Source: an uncultured Collinsella sp. (GTDB lineage: Bacteria; Actinomycetota; Coriobacteriia; Coriobacteriales; Coriobacteriaceae). From it: a stretch of DNA of 64,000 nucleotides. Under the pieces are notes generated by a model. It was not told where the DNA came from and ran no database searches. It was given only the letters and a program-made list of their open reading frames with translations. The stretch covers positions 5,620 to 69,619 of the forward strand of contig CABUKS010000006.1 of NCBI GenBank assembly GCA_902492235.1, in the 5' to 3' direction. Position 1 is the stretch's first letter; each line of letters opens with the position of its first letter. The translations under genes were made by a program, and so were the position numbers. Below are positions 1 through 10,274 of the stretch, piece by piece.

Positions 1-70
1 CTAGGCAACCCGCCGCGCCCCAACGCCCGCGAACCATACCAGCACGTCACCCATCGAAAGGAAGCATTGC

Positions 71-757
71 ATGATCGTCGCCATCGACGGCCCCGCCGGT
101 TCCGGCAAGTCCACCATCGCCAAGGAGATCGCCCGCCAGCTGGGCTTTAACAAGCTCGACACGGGCGCCATGTATCGCGCCGTCACCTTCGCCGCGCTCG
201 ACCGCGGCATCGACTTGGATAACGAGGCGGCCATCGATGCCCTCGCCGAGCAGATCAAGATCCGCTTCACCAACGGCACCGGCGAGGACACACGCCTGAC
301 CATTGACGGTCAGGATGTCTCGGCCGCCATTCGCACCCCGCAGGTGGACGCCAACGTGTCCAAGGTTTCGGCCTACCCGGGCGTGCGCACCGCCATGCTC
401 ATCCACCAGCGCCGCGCAGCAGAGGACCGCGATATCGTGGCCGAGGGTCGCGACATCGGAACCGTCGTGTTCCCTAACGCGCAGGTCAAGGTCTTCCTGA
501 CCGCCGACCCGCGCGAGCGCGCCCGCCGCCGCGTGCTTCAGCGTCACCAAAACGATGCCCAGCCGCTCACGTCCGAGCAGCTCGAGGCCGAGGTCGACGA
601 GACCCTCGACGCCCTTAAGCAGCGCGACAAGCTCGACAGTAGTCGCGAGGTCGCCCCGCTCGTGCCCGCCGAGGACGCCGTGCACGTCGACTCCACCGCC
701 CACACCATCGATGAGGTCGTCTCGATAATCGAGGACCTCATCAACAAAAGGAGGTAG
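71..757 (+). CDS. cmk: Cytidylate kinase
   Basis: IAIDGPAGSGKST P-loop, LDTGAMYRA, EGRDIGTVVFP motifs. Confidence 0.97.
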   Translation: MIVAIDGPAGSGKSTIAKEIARQLGFNKLDTGAMYRAVTFAALDRGIDLDNEAAIDALAEQIKIRFTNGTGEDTRLTIDGQDVSAAIRTPQVDANVSKVSAYPGVRTAMLIHQRRAAEDRDIVAEGRDIGTVVFPNAQVKVFLTADPRERARRRVLQRHQNDAQPLTSEQLEAEVDETLDALKQRDKLDSSREVAPLVPAEDAVHVDSTAHTIDEVVSIIEDLINKRR

Positions 758-760
758 CCA

Positions 761-1489
761 ATGCGCCTGTTTAAACAGACGCCCGAGGACTATTACAACG
801 CCCCCTACGCCGAGTTTCCAGCGCTCATCCGCGGCACCGTCTTCGTGGTCATGGCAATCCTTTGGGCTTTCTCAAAGCTCATGTGGCGCTGGAAGGTCGA
901 GGACGCCGATCTGCTTTTTGAGCGCCAGGAAGGCCGCGGTAGCGTGGTCATCTGCAACCACACCTCGATGGCCGAGCTCCTGGCTGTAGAGACGGCGCTG
1001 TTCTTTGGCGGCCGCCGTATTCGCCCCATTTTTAAATCCGAGTTTGCCAAGAGCAAGATCGTGCGCTGGGCCTTTAGCCGCGTGGGCGGCATCCCCGTGG
1101 AGCGTGGTACTGCCGATATGAAGTGCCTGCGTGCCGCCCAGCATGCGCTTCAGCGCGGTGAGGACGTCCTGATTTTCCCCGAGGGCACGCGCATCCGCTC
1201 GCGCGAGATCAAGCCCGAGGTCCACGGCGGCTTTGCGCTCATCGCCCAGATGGGCAAGGCGCCCGTCAACCCGCTCGCCATCTGCGGCTGGTCCGACATC
1301 ACGCCCGCGGGCAAAAAGCTCATGCGTCCCAAGAAGTGCTGGATTCGTGCCGGCAAGGCCGTCTCACTTTCCGACGCACCGGCCGGGCTTAAACGCACGG
1401 AGCGCTTGGCCTGGTTTGAATCCGAGGCCATGAACCGCGTCTACGCCATGCGAGACGAGCTGTGCGCCGAGCATCCGGGCAGGTTCTAG
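761..1489 (+). CDS. plsC: 1-acyl-sn-glycerol-3-phosphate acyltransferase (lysophospholipid acyltransferase family)
   Basis: NHxS motif, IFPEGTR; usual position after cmk. Confidence 0.85.
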   Translation: MRLFKQTPEDYYNAPYAEFPALIRGTVFVVMAILWAFSKLMWRWKVEDADLLFERQEGRGSVVICNHTSMAELLAVETALFFGGRRIRPIFKSEFAKSKIVRWAFSRVGGIPVERGTADMKCLRAAQHALQRGEDVLIFPEGTRIRSREIKPEVHGGFALIAQMGKAPVNPLAICGWSDITPAGKKLMRPKKCWIRAGKAVSLSDAPAGLKRTERLAWFESEAMNRVYAMRDELCAEHPGRF

Positions 1490-1491
1490 CC

Positions 1492-2391
1492 ATGAGCGAG
1501 AACGTGACGAACACCACCGCGACTGTGTCCGGCCAGGCAACCGCGCCTACCATCGAGATCGCCGCCCACGCCGGCACTTGCTACGGCGTACAGCGTGCGC
1601 TCGATATGGCGCTGGCCGCTGCGCCGCAGGCAGAGGAGTGCACTCAAGTTCACACCTTGGGGCCGCTCATCCATAACCCCATCGTGGTGCGCGAGCTTGC
1701 TGAGGCAGGCGTCGGTCTGGCCGAAACCCTGGACGACGCCGCAACCGGCACCGTGATCATCCGCGCCCACGGCGTGGTGCCGCAGGTCATCGATGCTGCC
1801 CGCAAGCGCGGCCTTAACGTCGTCGACGCCACCTGCCCCTACGTGAAGAAGGTCCATATGGCAGCCGAGCGCCTGGTGCGCGAGGGCTACCGCGTGGTGG
1901 TCGTAGGCGAGCCAGGTCACCCCGAGGTCGAGGGTATTCTGGGCCACGCCGGCACTGATGCGAAGGTCGTGAGCTGTGCCGCCGACGCCAACGCCTTGTC
2001 GTTCAAGGGCAAGGTAGGCCTCGTCGTGCAGACCACCCAGACCGCGCAGAACCTCGCCGAGGTCGTGGCCGCTATCACCCCGCGCGTGCAGGAGCTGCGT
2101 GTGATCAACACCATCTGCGCCGCCACGAGTGAGCGTCAACAGGCAGCGGCCACACTTGCCAACCGCTGCGACTGCATGGTCATCGTGGGCGGCAAGAACT
2201 CGGGCAACACCCGTCGCCTGGCACAGATTTGCGCAGACGCCTGCGAGCGCACGTATCACATCGAGGAAGCTTCCGAGCTCCAGGCCGCGTGGTTTACCGA
2301 CGCTCACCACATCGGCATCACCGCCGGAGCCTCCACCCCGCAAGAACACATCGAACGCGCCGTCACGCGCATCAAGGAGCTTTGCCGCTAA
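1492..2391 (+). CDS. ispH: 4-hydroxy-3-methylbut-2-enyl diphosphate reductase
   Basis: GTCYGVQRA, IHNP, DATCPYV, TICAAT, GITAGASTP; start moved to ATG 1492. Confidence 0.96.
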   Translation: MSENVTNTTATVSGQATAPTIEIAAHAGTCYGVQRALDMALAAAPQAEECTQVHTLGPLIHNPIVVRELAEAGVGLAETLDDAATGTVIIRAHGVVPQVIDAARKRGLNVVDATCPYVKKVHMAAERLVREGYRVVVVGEPGHPEVEGILGHAGTDAKVVSCAADANALSFKGKVGLVVQTTQTAQNLAEVVAAITPRVQELRVINTICAATSERQQAAATLANRCDCMVIVGGKNSGNTRRLAQICADACERTYHIEEASELQAAWFTDAHHIGITAGASTPQEHIERAVTRIKELCR

Positions 2392-2393
2392 TC

Positions 2394-3836
2394 ATGGACC
2401 AGACCGTACCCGCATACGCCGCCGAGGTGGCCGATTACGGGCGCAGCCGCGACCCCGAGCCGGGTGATGGCGCGCTCGTTAAGAACGTGCGTCCCGAGTC
2501 GCCCGCATGGGATGTGGGTATCGAGCCGGGCATGCGCGTGCTCACGGTCAACGGCGAGCAGCTGACCGATATGATCGTGTGGCTCTGGGAAGCAGACGAC
2601 GACACCGTCGACCTCGAGGTTCTCGACCCGCGCGACAACACCGTCACCTCCGTCGAGCTCGACCGCTTTCCCGGCGAGGATTGGGGTTTGGAGTTCGATG
2701 GCCCCATCTTCGACGGCATGCGTACCTGCGTAAACGCCTGCGTGTTCTGCTTTATGACCATGTTGCCCAAGGGCGGCCGCTCCACGCTCTATATTCGCGA
2801 CGACGACTACCGCCTGAGCTTTTTGCAGGGCAACTTCGTCACGCTCACGAACCTCACTGACGAGGACGTGCAAAACGTCATCCAACGCAACATGAGCCCT
2901 ATGAACGTGTCGGTCCATGCCGTGAGCCCCGACGTCCGCCGTCGTATGATGGGCCGCAACGCCCAGCGCGGCATGGACGTACTCGAGACCATCATGGCCG
3001 CCGGCATCGAGATTCACGCGCAGATCGTGTTGTGCCCCGGCATGAACGACGGCGAGGAGCTAGAAAAGACCCTGCGCTTTTGCGAGGAGCACGAGCAAAT
3101 CACAAGCCTGGGCATTGTGCCGCTCGGTTTTACCAAGCATCAGAACCGCTTTAGCTGGTCATACAGCGACAAGCCCGAACTGGCGCGCGAGACCATTGCC
3201 ATGATCCGTCCCTACCAGGACCGCGCCTTCGAGCGTTTTGGCCGCCACACCTTCCAGATGAGCGACGAGTTCTACCTAGACGCCGGCATCGATCCGCCCG
3301 AGGCGGACTTTTACGACGGCTATCCGCAGTACTACGACGGTATCGGCATGATCCGCTCATACCTAGACGAGACGGACGATGTGCTTGCCGCCGATGCCGA
3401 GAGACTGGCCCGCGTCCGCGAGGCCATCGCCGCTCGCAGCCAGCACCTGCTGTGCCTCTCGGGCGCCAGCGCACGCGACACCGTGGCACGTTTCGTGGAA
3501 TCGCCGCAGGGGCTCGCCGGCACCGTCACGGCCATCAAGAACCGCTACTTTGGCGGCAACGTGGACGTGACCGGCCTCATCGTCGCGTGTGACATTCTGG
3601 AGCAGCTGCCCCAAGATCTGTCGGGGGTTATGCTCTTTGTGCCTAAGCTCATGTTCAACGCTGACGGCATGACGCTTGACGAGTATCATCGTGACGATTT
3701 ACTCGCAAGCCTTACCAGTCGCGGCGCCGAGGTTCATGTGGTGTCGACCATGCCGCATGAGCTGCTCGATACCCTGGAGCGCATCCTTGGCATTGTGCCT
3801 GCCGACTCTAACACTTCCACTGACCCTACCCATTAA
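2394..3836 (+). CDS. PDZ + DUF512 putative Fe-S (radical SAM-like) protein
   Basis: N-terminal PDZ-like segment, CxxxCxxC (CVNACVFC), RDDDYRLSFLQGNFVTLTN; family typically precedes der. Confidence 0.85.
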   Translation: MDQTVPAYAAEVADYGRSRDPEPGDGALVKNVRPESPAWDVGIEPGMRVLTVNGEQLTDMIVWLWEADDDTVDLEVLDPRDNTVTSVELDRFPGEDWGLEFDGPIFDGMRTCVNACVFCFMTMLPKGGRSTLYIRDDDYRLSFLQGNFVTLTNLTDEDVQNVIQRNMSPMNVSVHAVSPDVRRRMMGRNAQRGMDVLETIMAAGIEIHAQIVLCPGMNDGEELEKTLRFCEEHEQITSLGIVPLGFTKHQNRFSWSYSDKPELARETIAMIRPYQDRAFERFGRHTFQMSDEFYLDAGIDPPEADFYDGYPQYYDGIGMIRSYLDETDDVLAADAERLARVREAIAARSQHLLCLSGASARDTVARFVESPQGLAGTVTAIKNRYFGGNVDVTGLIVACDILEQLPQDLSGVMLFVPKLMFNADGMTLDEYHRDDLLASLTSRGAEVHVVSTMPHELLDTLERILGIVPADSNTSTDPTH

Positions 3837-3846
3837 AGGAGAGCAG

Positions 3847-5181
3847 ATGAAACCTATCGTCGCCGTCGTCGGACGCCCCAACGTGGGCAAGTCCACGCTC
3901 GTTAACCGCCTGGCCCAGACCTCGGACGCCATCGTCCATGAGTCTCGCGGCGTCACGCGCGACCGCTCGTACCACACGGCCGATTGGAACGGCCGTGAGT
4001 TCACCATCGTCGACACAGGCGGTATCGAGCCGCTCAAGAGCGACGACGTCTTTGCAACGTCCATCCGCGACCAGGCGCTCGCCGCCGCTGAGGAAGCCGC
4101 CGTCATCCTGTTTGTGGTCGACGGCCGCACCGGCGTCACCGAGGAGGACGAGTCGGTCGCCCGCATGCTCAAGCGCTGCGACAAGCCGGTCTTTCTGCTG
4201 GTGAACAAGCTCGATAACCCCGATCGCGAGAACGACAGCATCTGGGAGTTCTATTCGCTCGGCATCGGTGAGCCCACGCCGCTCTCGGCCCTACACGGTC
4301 ATGGCACGGGCGACCTGCTCGACGATATCGTGGCCCTGCTTCCGGAGGAAGAGGACGAGGTCGCCGATGAGTTCCCCGACGCGCTGAACGTTGCCATCAT
4401 CGGCCGCCCCAATGCCGGTAAGTCGTCGTTGTTCAACCGCATCTTGGGCGCCGACCGCTCCATCGTCTCGAACATCGCCGGCACGACGCGCGACGCCATC
4501 GACACCGTCGTGGAGCGCAACGGCAAGCACTACCGCATGGTCGACACTGCGGGCATTCGCAAGAAGAGCACCGTGTACGAGAACATCGAGTACTACTCCA
4601 TGGTCCGCGGCCTGCGCGCCATCGATCGCGCCGACGTGGCGCTGCTCGTCGTCGACGCCTCCGTGGGCGTCACCGAGCAGGACCAGAAGGTCATGGGCTT
4701 GGCCATCGAGCGCGGCTGTGCCATCGTTGTGCTGCTCAACAAGTGGGATCTGCTCGACGATGACCGCAAGCGCGAGGCCTGCATGGAGACCATCGACCGC
4801 CGTCTGGGCGTCATGGCTCCCTGGGCCCAGTACCTGCGCATCTCTGCCCTGACCGGCCGCAGCGTCGAGAAGATCTGGGCGATGGTCGACGCGGCCGAGA
4901 AGACGCGCTCGCAAAAGATCAGCACCTCGCGCCTCAACACGTTCCTCACCGACCTGCGCGAGTTCGGTCATACCGTGGTGGACGGAAAGCGCCGCCTGCG
5001 CATGCACTACGTGACCCAGACGGGCGTCAACCCGCCGACGTTCACGTTCTTCGTCAACCACAGCGACTTGGTCAACGACACCTACCAGCGCTACGTGGAG
5101 AACCGCATGCGCTCGACCTTCGACTTTGCCGGCACGCCCATTCGACTCTTCTTTAGGAAGAAGGAGCAAAAGGATGCATAA
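3847..5181 (+). CDS. der: Ribosome biogenesis GTPase Der (EngA)
   Basis: Tandem G domains GRPNVGKST and GRPNAGKSS; SD AAGGAG before ATG 3847. Confidence 0.97.
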   Translation: MKPIVAVVGRPNVGKSTLVNRLAQTSDAIVHESRGVTRDRSYHTADWNGREFTIVDTGGIEPLKSDDVFATSIRDQALAAAEEAAVILFVVDGRTGVTEEDESVARMLKRCDKPVFLLVNKLDNPDRENDSIWEFYSLGIGEPTPLSALHGHGTGDLLDDIVALLPEEEDEVADEFPDALNVAIIGRPNAGKSSLFNRILGADRSIVSNIAGTTRDAIDTVVERNGKHYRMVDTAGIRKKSTVYENIEYYSMVRGLRAIDRADVALLVVDASVGVTEQDQKVMGLAIERGCAIVVLLNKWDLLDDDRKREACMETIDRRLGVMAPWAQYLRISALTGRSVEKIWAMVDAAEKTRSQKISTSRLNTFLTDLREFGHTVVDGKRRLRMHYVTQTGVNPPTFTFFVNHSDLVNDTYQRYVENRMRSTFDFAGTPIRLFFRKKEQKDA

Positions 5182-5857
5182 TCCGATTCTGCTGACCGCC
5201 ATCTGCGCCGTGGTCTCGTTCTTTATCGGAGCGATTCCGTTTGGCCTGATCCTGGGCCGCGTGTTCAACCACACCGACATTCGCAAGGCGGGCTCCGGCA
5301 ACATCGGCACCACCAACGCGCTGCGTGTGGCCGGCCCCAAGGTGGCCGCGCTCACGCTGCTGCTCGACTGCCTTAAGGGCGCCATCTGCGTTGTCATCGC
5401 CCGTCCGCTCATCGCGAGCGTGGGCTATGGGTTTCCGCCGAACATTATGGCGCCCGGAGCCCCCGGCGACTGGATGCTCGGTGTCATCTGCCTAGCGGCA
5501 GTGTGGGGCCATATCTTCTCGCCTTACCTTAACTTCCACGGCGGCAAGGGTATCGCCGTTGGTCTGGGCGTCATCCTCGCCTGGTATTGGCCCATTGGCC
5601 TGTCGCTGCTGGGCATGTTTATCGTGGCCGTCGCCATCACCAAGTTTGTGTCGGTGGGCTCGCTTGCCGCGGCCATCGGTCTTCCCATCGCTGCTTGCGC
5701 GGTCTTTCCGTACAGCAGCCTGGGACTTAAGTTTTGCATGGCGATAATCGGCATCACCGTGGTGTGGGCCCATCGCGCGAACATCAAAAAGCTCATGACC
5801 GGTAAGGAGTCCAAGCTCTCGTTTACCAAGCGCGTCACCGAGCCCGACGATAAGTAG
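5174..5857 (+). CDS. plsY: Glycerol-3-phosphate acyltransferase PlsY
   Basis: GSGNIGTTN, GGKGIA, HRANI motifs; hydrophobic. Confidence 0.95.
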   Translation: MHNPILLTAICAVVSFFIGAIPFGLILGRVFNHTDIRKAGSGNIGTTNALRVAGPKVAALTLLLDCLKGAICVVIARPLIASVGYGFPPNIMAPGAPGDWMLGVICLAAVWGHIFSPYLNFHGGKGIAVGLGVILAWYWPIGLSLLGMFIVAVAITKFVSVGSLAAAIGLPIAACAVFPYSSLGLKFCMAIIGITVVWAHRANIKKLMTGKESKLSFTKRVTEPDDK

Positions 5858-5866
5858 GAGAGAGTC

Positions 5867-6874
5867 ATGAATGTTGCGCTGATTGGCTCTGGCTCGTGGG
5901 GAACCGCCGTAGCCGGCCTTGCCGCCGCGCGAGCCGTGCGCGTAACCATGTGGGCCCATAGCGAGCAGACGGCCGCCGGCATTAACGGTGAGCACCGCAA
6001 CCCCCGCTACCTTGTGGGCTACGAGCTGCCGGACAACGTGGTAGCAACGACCGAGCTCGCCCAGGCGCTCGACGGTGCCGATGCGATCATCTTTGCCGTG
6101 CCCTCCACGCACTTGCGCGACGTGTGCCATCGGACAGCGCCCTTTATCGCAGCCAATACCCCGGTGCTCTGCCTCACCAAGGGCATTGAGCCCGAGTCCG
6201 GCCTGCTCATGAGCGAGGTCATCGCCAGCGAGATCGGCAACGAGGCGCGCGTGGCGGCCCTCTCGGGCCCCAACCATGCCGAGGAGATTTGCCGCGGCGG
6301 GCTCTCTGCCGCCGTCATCGCCAGCGAAGATCCACAGATAGGGGAGACCTTTAAGGACCTACTCCTGTCCACGGCCTTCCGCATCTACCTGTCGCAGGAC
6401 ATGACCGGCGTCGAGGTATGCGGCGCCATGAAAAATGTCATCGCGATCGTATGTGGCATCTCCGCCGGCACCGGTGCGGGCGACAACACGCTTGCCCTCA
6501 TCATGACGCGCGGCCTGGCAGAGATCAGCCGTCTGGTGCACGCCCGCGGCGGTCAAGCTATGACCTGCATGGGACTTGCCGGCATGGGCGACCTCATTGC
6601 CACCTGCACCTCGGAGCATTCGCGCAACCGCACCTTTGGCTACGAGTTTGCCCACGGCGTGTCGCTCGACGAGTATCAGACGCGCACGCATATGGTGGTC
6701 GAGGGCGCCGTCGCGGCCCGCAGCGTCAGCGAGCTTGCCCGTTCACTGGGCGTAGACATTCCGCTCACCTTTGCCGTGGAACAAACGCTCTACAACGGTG
6801 TTACTTTGGATAGGGCGCTCGAGATTCTTACTGACCGCGTCCCTTCTCAAGAGTTCTACGGACTCACCGACTAG
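5867..6874 (+). CDS. gpsA: NAD(P)H-dependent glycerol-3-phosphate dehydrogenase
   Basis: GSGSWGTA, LSGPNHAEE, KNVIAI, GDLIATC..SRN. Confidence 0.96.
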   Translation: MNVALIGSGSWGTAVAGLAAARAVRVTMWAHSEQTAAGINGEHRNPRYLVGYELPDNVVATTELAQALDGADAIIFAVPSTHLRDVCHRTAPFIAANTPVLCLTKGIEPESGLLMSEVIASEIGNEARVAALSGPNHAEEICRGGLSAAVIASEDPQIGETFKDLLLSTAFRIYLSQDMTGVEVCGAMKNVIAIVCGISAGTGAGDNTLALIMTRGLAEISRLVHARGGQAMTCMGLAGMGDLIATCTSEHSRNRTFGYEFAHGVSLDEYQTRTHMVVEGAVAARSVSELARSLGVDIPLTFAVEQTLYNGVTLDRALEILTDRVPSQEFYGLTD

Positions 6875-6892
6875 CGCAGAAAGGCTTCTACC

Positions 6893-7564
6893 ATGGGTTC
6901 CATCAAAATCGCTCCGTCTGTCCTTTCGGCCGACATGGCCAACCTCAAGGGCGAACTCGACAAGATCGCCGGCGCCGACTACGTGCACTTCGACGTTATG
7001 GACGGTCACTTTACCGGCAACCTCACCTTTGGCGTTGACATCCTTAAGGCCGTCAAGCGCTCCACCGATGTACCGGTCGACGCGCACCTGATGGTGTCGA
7101 ACCCCGACGAGACCGTTGATTGGTATGCCGACGCCGGTGCCGACATGATCACCGTGCACTACGAAGCTTCCACGCACCTGCACCGCACGCTCACCCATCT
7201 GCAGCAGCGCGGCGTCAAGGCTGGAGTGGTGCTCAACCCCGCCACCCCCGTGTGCGTACTCGAGAGCATCATCGACGTCGTCGATATGGTGCTGCTGATG
7301 AGCGTGAACCCGGGCTTTGGCGGTCAGAGCTTTATCCCGGGCACCATCGCTAAGCTCCACGAGCTCAAGGCCATGTGCGAGCGTCACGGCGTTTCGCCCC
7401 TCATCGAGGTCGACGGTGGCATTTCTTCCAAGAACATTGCCGAGGTCGTCAAGGCCGGCGCCAACGTGCTCGTGGCCGGTTCTGCCGTATTTAAGTCCGA
7501 AGATCCCGCTGCCGAGGTTGCGCTGCTGCAGAAGCTGGGCAACGAGGCCGCACAGGAGGCATAA
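6893..7564 (+). CDS. rpe: Ribulose-phosphate 3-epimerase
   Basis: IAPSVLSAD, HFDVMDGHF, MSVNPGFGGQ, EVDGG. Confidence 0.97.
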   Translation: MGSIKIAPSVLSADMANLKGELDKIAGADYVHFDVMDGHFTGNLTFGVDILKAVKRSTDVPVDAHLMVSNPDETVDWYADAGADMITVHYEASTHLHRTLTHLQQRGVKAGVVLNPATPVCVLESIIDVVDMVLLMSVNPGFGGQSFIPGTIAKLHELKAMCERHGVSPLIEVDGGISSKNIAEVVKAGANVLVAGSAVFKSEDPAAEVALLQKLGNEAAQEA

Positions 7565-7570
7565 ACCCTT

Positions 7571-8749
7571 ATGACCGCAGGTCAAAACCGCATACCCGTG
7601 AATCTTGACTATGCCGCCTCGACGCCCATGCGTGCCGAGGCGCTCTTTGCGCAGCGCGAGTACGACGACAGCGAGCTTGCCGGCGTCAACCCCAACTCGC
7701 TGCACTCGCTCGGCCGCAAGGCCGCCGCGCGCCTGGAGGTTGCCCGTCGCGAGATCGCCCATAGCTTTGGCGCACGCGTCCGCCCGTCCGAGATTGTTCT
7801 GACCAACGGCGGCACCGAAGCCAACCAGCTGGCGCTGCTCGGTCTTGCCGAGGGCGCTCGTCAGCGCGATCGCAAGCGCGATCGTGTAATCGTTTCGGCC
7901 ATCGAGCACGATTCGATTCTGGACAACCTGCCGCTGCTGCGTGCCGCCGGCTTTACCGTCGACCTGGTGCAGCCCTGCCGCGCGGGCTACATTGAGCCTG
8001 CCACGCTGAGCGACTTGCTGAGCGACGACGTGTCGCTCGTGAGCATTATGGTCGCCAACAACGAGACCGGCGTGGTGCAGCCCATCCGCGAGCTTGCCTC
8101 GGCCGCTCATACCGTGGGCGCAGTGTTCCACACCGATGCTATCCAGGGCTATCTGCACATTCCACTCGATGTCACCGAGCTGGGCGTCGATGCTATGTCC
8201 GTCGCGGCCCACAAAATTGGCGGTCCTGTGGCATCCGGCGCGCTCTACGTTAAGACCCGCACGCCACTGCGCCCCCGCATCTTTGGCGGCGGACAGGAAG
8301 CCGGACGTCGCGCCGGCACGCAGGACCTGCGCACGCAGCTAGCCTTTGCCGCTGCTGCCCGCACGCTGGTGCCCCAAGTGGCTCAGGAGCGCGAAAAGCT
8401 GCAAGCCCTTTCCGACAAACTCTACGCCACGCTTACGGCCCATCCACGCATTCATGCCACCATGGGCGACTACGAGCAGGTCGACCGTCTGCCGGGTATG
8501 GTTTCGATCTACGTCGACGGCATGGACTCCGAGGAGCTCATCGTCAAGCTCGACGCCGCCGGCTTTGAGGTTTCGGCCGGCTCTGCCTGCTCGAGCGGCA
8601 GCATGGACCCGAGCCACGTTTTGAGCGCGATGGGCATCGGTCGCAAGCAGGCATTGGGAGCACTGCGCATTTCCTTTGATGACCGCGTGAATCCGAGCGA
8701 TCTGGACGAGTTCGCCCGGACGCTGCTCTCGATCGTGGGTGCCGCATGA
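7571..8749 (+). CDS. iscS: Cysteine desulfurase (IscS/NifS class)
   Basis: LDYAASTP, GGTEAN, NNETG, AHKIGGP, SAGSACSSG. Confidence 0.9.
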   Translation: MTAGQNRIPVNLDYAASTPMRAEALFAQREYDDSELAGVNPNSLHSLGRKAAARLEVARREIAHSFGARVRPSEIVLTNGGTEANQLALLGLAEGARQRDRKRDRVIVSAIEHDSILDNLPLLRAAGFTVDLVQPCRAGYIEPATLSDLLSDDVSLVSIMVANNETGVVQPIRELASAAHTVGAVFHTDAIQGYLHIPLDVTELGVDAMSVAAHKIGGPVASGALYVKTRTPLRPRIFGGGQEAGRRAGTQDLRTQLAFAAAARTLVPQVAQEREKLQALSDKLYATLTAHPRIHATMGDYEQVDRLPGMVSIYVDGMDSEELIVKLDAAGFEVSAGSACSSGSMDPSHVLSAMGIGRKQALGALRISFDDRVNPSDLDEFARTLLSIVGAA

Positions 8750-9555
8750 TCGTCGCCGAGCTTGAGCGCGCGCTGCTGGCACGCTATCCCAAGGCGGACG
8801 CCGAGGGCTGGGATCACGTAGGACTCTCCGTTGGCGATCCGGCCGCGGAGATCACCGGCGTTGCCTGCGCACTCGATGCGACCGTGGCTAACGTTCGCCG
8901 CGCCCAAGAAGCCGGCGCCAACGTGCTGCTGACGCATCATCCCATATACATCAAGGCACCCGAGGCCTTTTGTCCGGCGGATGCCACACGACCCCAGTGC
9001 AGCGCGGCCCTCTACGAGGCTGCCCGCTGCGGCGTGAGCATTATTTCGCTCCACACCAATCTGGACCGCTCGCACGAGGCGCGTGCCTGCCTAAGTGAGC
9101 AGCTGGACGCCGTGCCCGTGAGCTCGCTGGAGCACGTAGACGACCCCGAGTCGACCGGCCTTGGCGCGCTTGCGACGCTCAACGACCCGTGCACGCTGCG
9201 CGATCTTGCCGCCCGTGCTGCCACGGCCTTCGGAAGCGACCCGCGTGTATGGGGCGATGCCGAGCGCTCGTGCCGCACCGTCGCCATTCTGGGCGGCTCC
9301 CTCGGTGACTTTGGCGAACTTGCCATCGCCGCCGGTGCGGATGTTGTCGTGACGGGCGAGGCAGGCTATCACGTGGCGCAGGACCTTGCCTTGCGTGGGC
9401 TACCGGTGATCTTGCTCGGCCACGACCGCTCCGAGGAGCCGTTCGTTGATATATTGATGAACTCTGCAGTTGACGCCGGGGTCGACCCCCGTCATGCGAT
9501 TAAAATACTGAACCCTTGCCAATGGTGGACTGTGACAAAAGGAGAGAACTTATGA
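8746..9555 (+). CDS. Nif3-like dinuclear metal-centre protein
   Basis: WDHVGL, THHP, HTNLD, GHDRSE. Confidence 0.9.
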   Translation: MIVAELERALLARYPKADAEGWDHVGLSVGDPAAEITGVACALDATVANVRRAQEAGANVLLTHHPIYIKAPEAFCPADATRPQCSAALYEAARCGVSIISLHTNLDRSHEARACLSEQLDAVPVSSLEHVDDPESTGLGALATLNDPCTLRDLAARAATAFGSDPRVWGDAERSCRTVAILGGSLGDFGELAIAAGADVVVTGEAGYHVAQDLALRGLPVILLGHDRSEEPFVDILMNSAVDAGVDPRHAIKILNPCQWWTVTKGENL

Positions 9556-10271
9556 GCGCCGGCGCTACGCTACTCAAGCTGCAACAGATCGATTTGGAGC
9601 TCGCCCGCAACAAGAGTGAACTTGCCAATATGCCGGAGCTCAAGGAGCTCGCTTCCAAGCGCAAGACCTATGTGAAGCTCAAGTCCGAGATGACCAAGCT
9701 CTACGCCCAGCGCAAGGATCTGGACATTGAGCTCGACGATCTCAATACCACCGAGATTCAGACCAACAACGCCATCGAGGCTGCCAAGAAGCGCCACGTC
9801 GACGGCTCCGACTACCGCGAGGTTCAGGACCTGGAAAACGAGCTCGCCACCCTGGCCAAGCGTCTGGACAAGATTGAACACACCCGCAAGGACGTCGTTG
9901 TCGCCCATAAGGAGGCGCTCGACCGCGAGGCCCGCGCGCAGGCAATCATCGCCAAGTTCGAGGAGGGCGTGAAGGCCGATACCAAGGCCGCCCGCGCCAA
10001 GGCTGCCGACCTGCAGGCTCAGATTGACGCCGCCGCTAAGGAGCGCACCGCGCTTGCTGCCACGCTGCCGGCCGACGTTCTCACCGACTACGAGCGTCTG
10101 CTCAAGCAGTTCCGTGGCCTGGCCGTCGAGACCATCCAGGGCAACATCCCCACGGTCTGCCACACCGCGCTGCAGGCATCGTCCATGAGCGACCTCAACC
10201 ACGACGGTAGGTCAATTACGCACTGCCCGTACTGCCACCGCCTCCTGGTGCTCCCGAGCAAGGAAGCTTAA
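9552..10271 (+). CDS. Coiled-coil protein with C-terminal C4-type zinc ribbon
   Basis: LLKLQQID start, long coiled coil, CPYCHRLL; usual partner of Nif3 gene; first expected Cys is Pro here. Confidence 0.8.
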   Translation: MSAGATLLKLQQIDLELARNKSELANMPELKELASKRKTYVKLKSEMTKLYAQRKDLDIELDDLNTTEIQTNNAIEAAKKRHVDGSDYREVQDLENELATLAKRLDKIEHTRKDVVVAHKEALDREARAQAIIAKFEEGVKADTKAARAKAADLQAQIDAAAKERTALAATLPADVLTDYERLLKQFRGLAVETIQGNIPTVCHTALQASSMSDLNHDGRSITHCPYCHRLLVLPSKEA

Positions 10272-10274
10272 ACG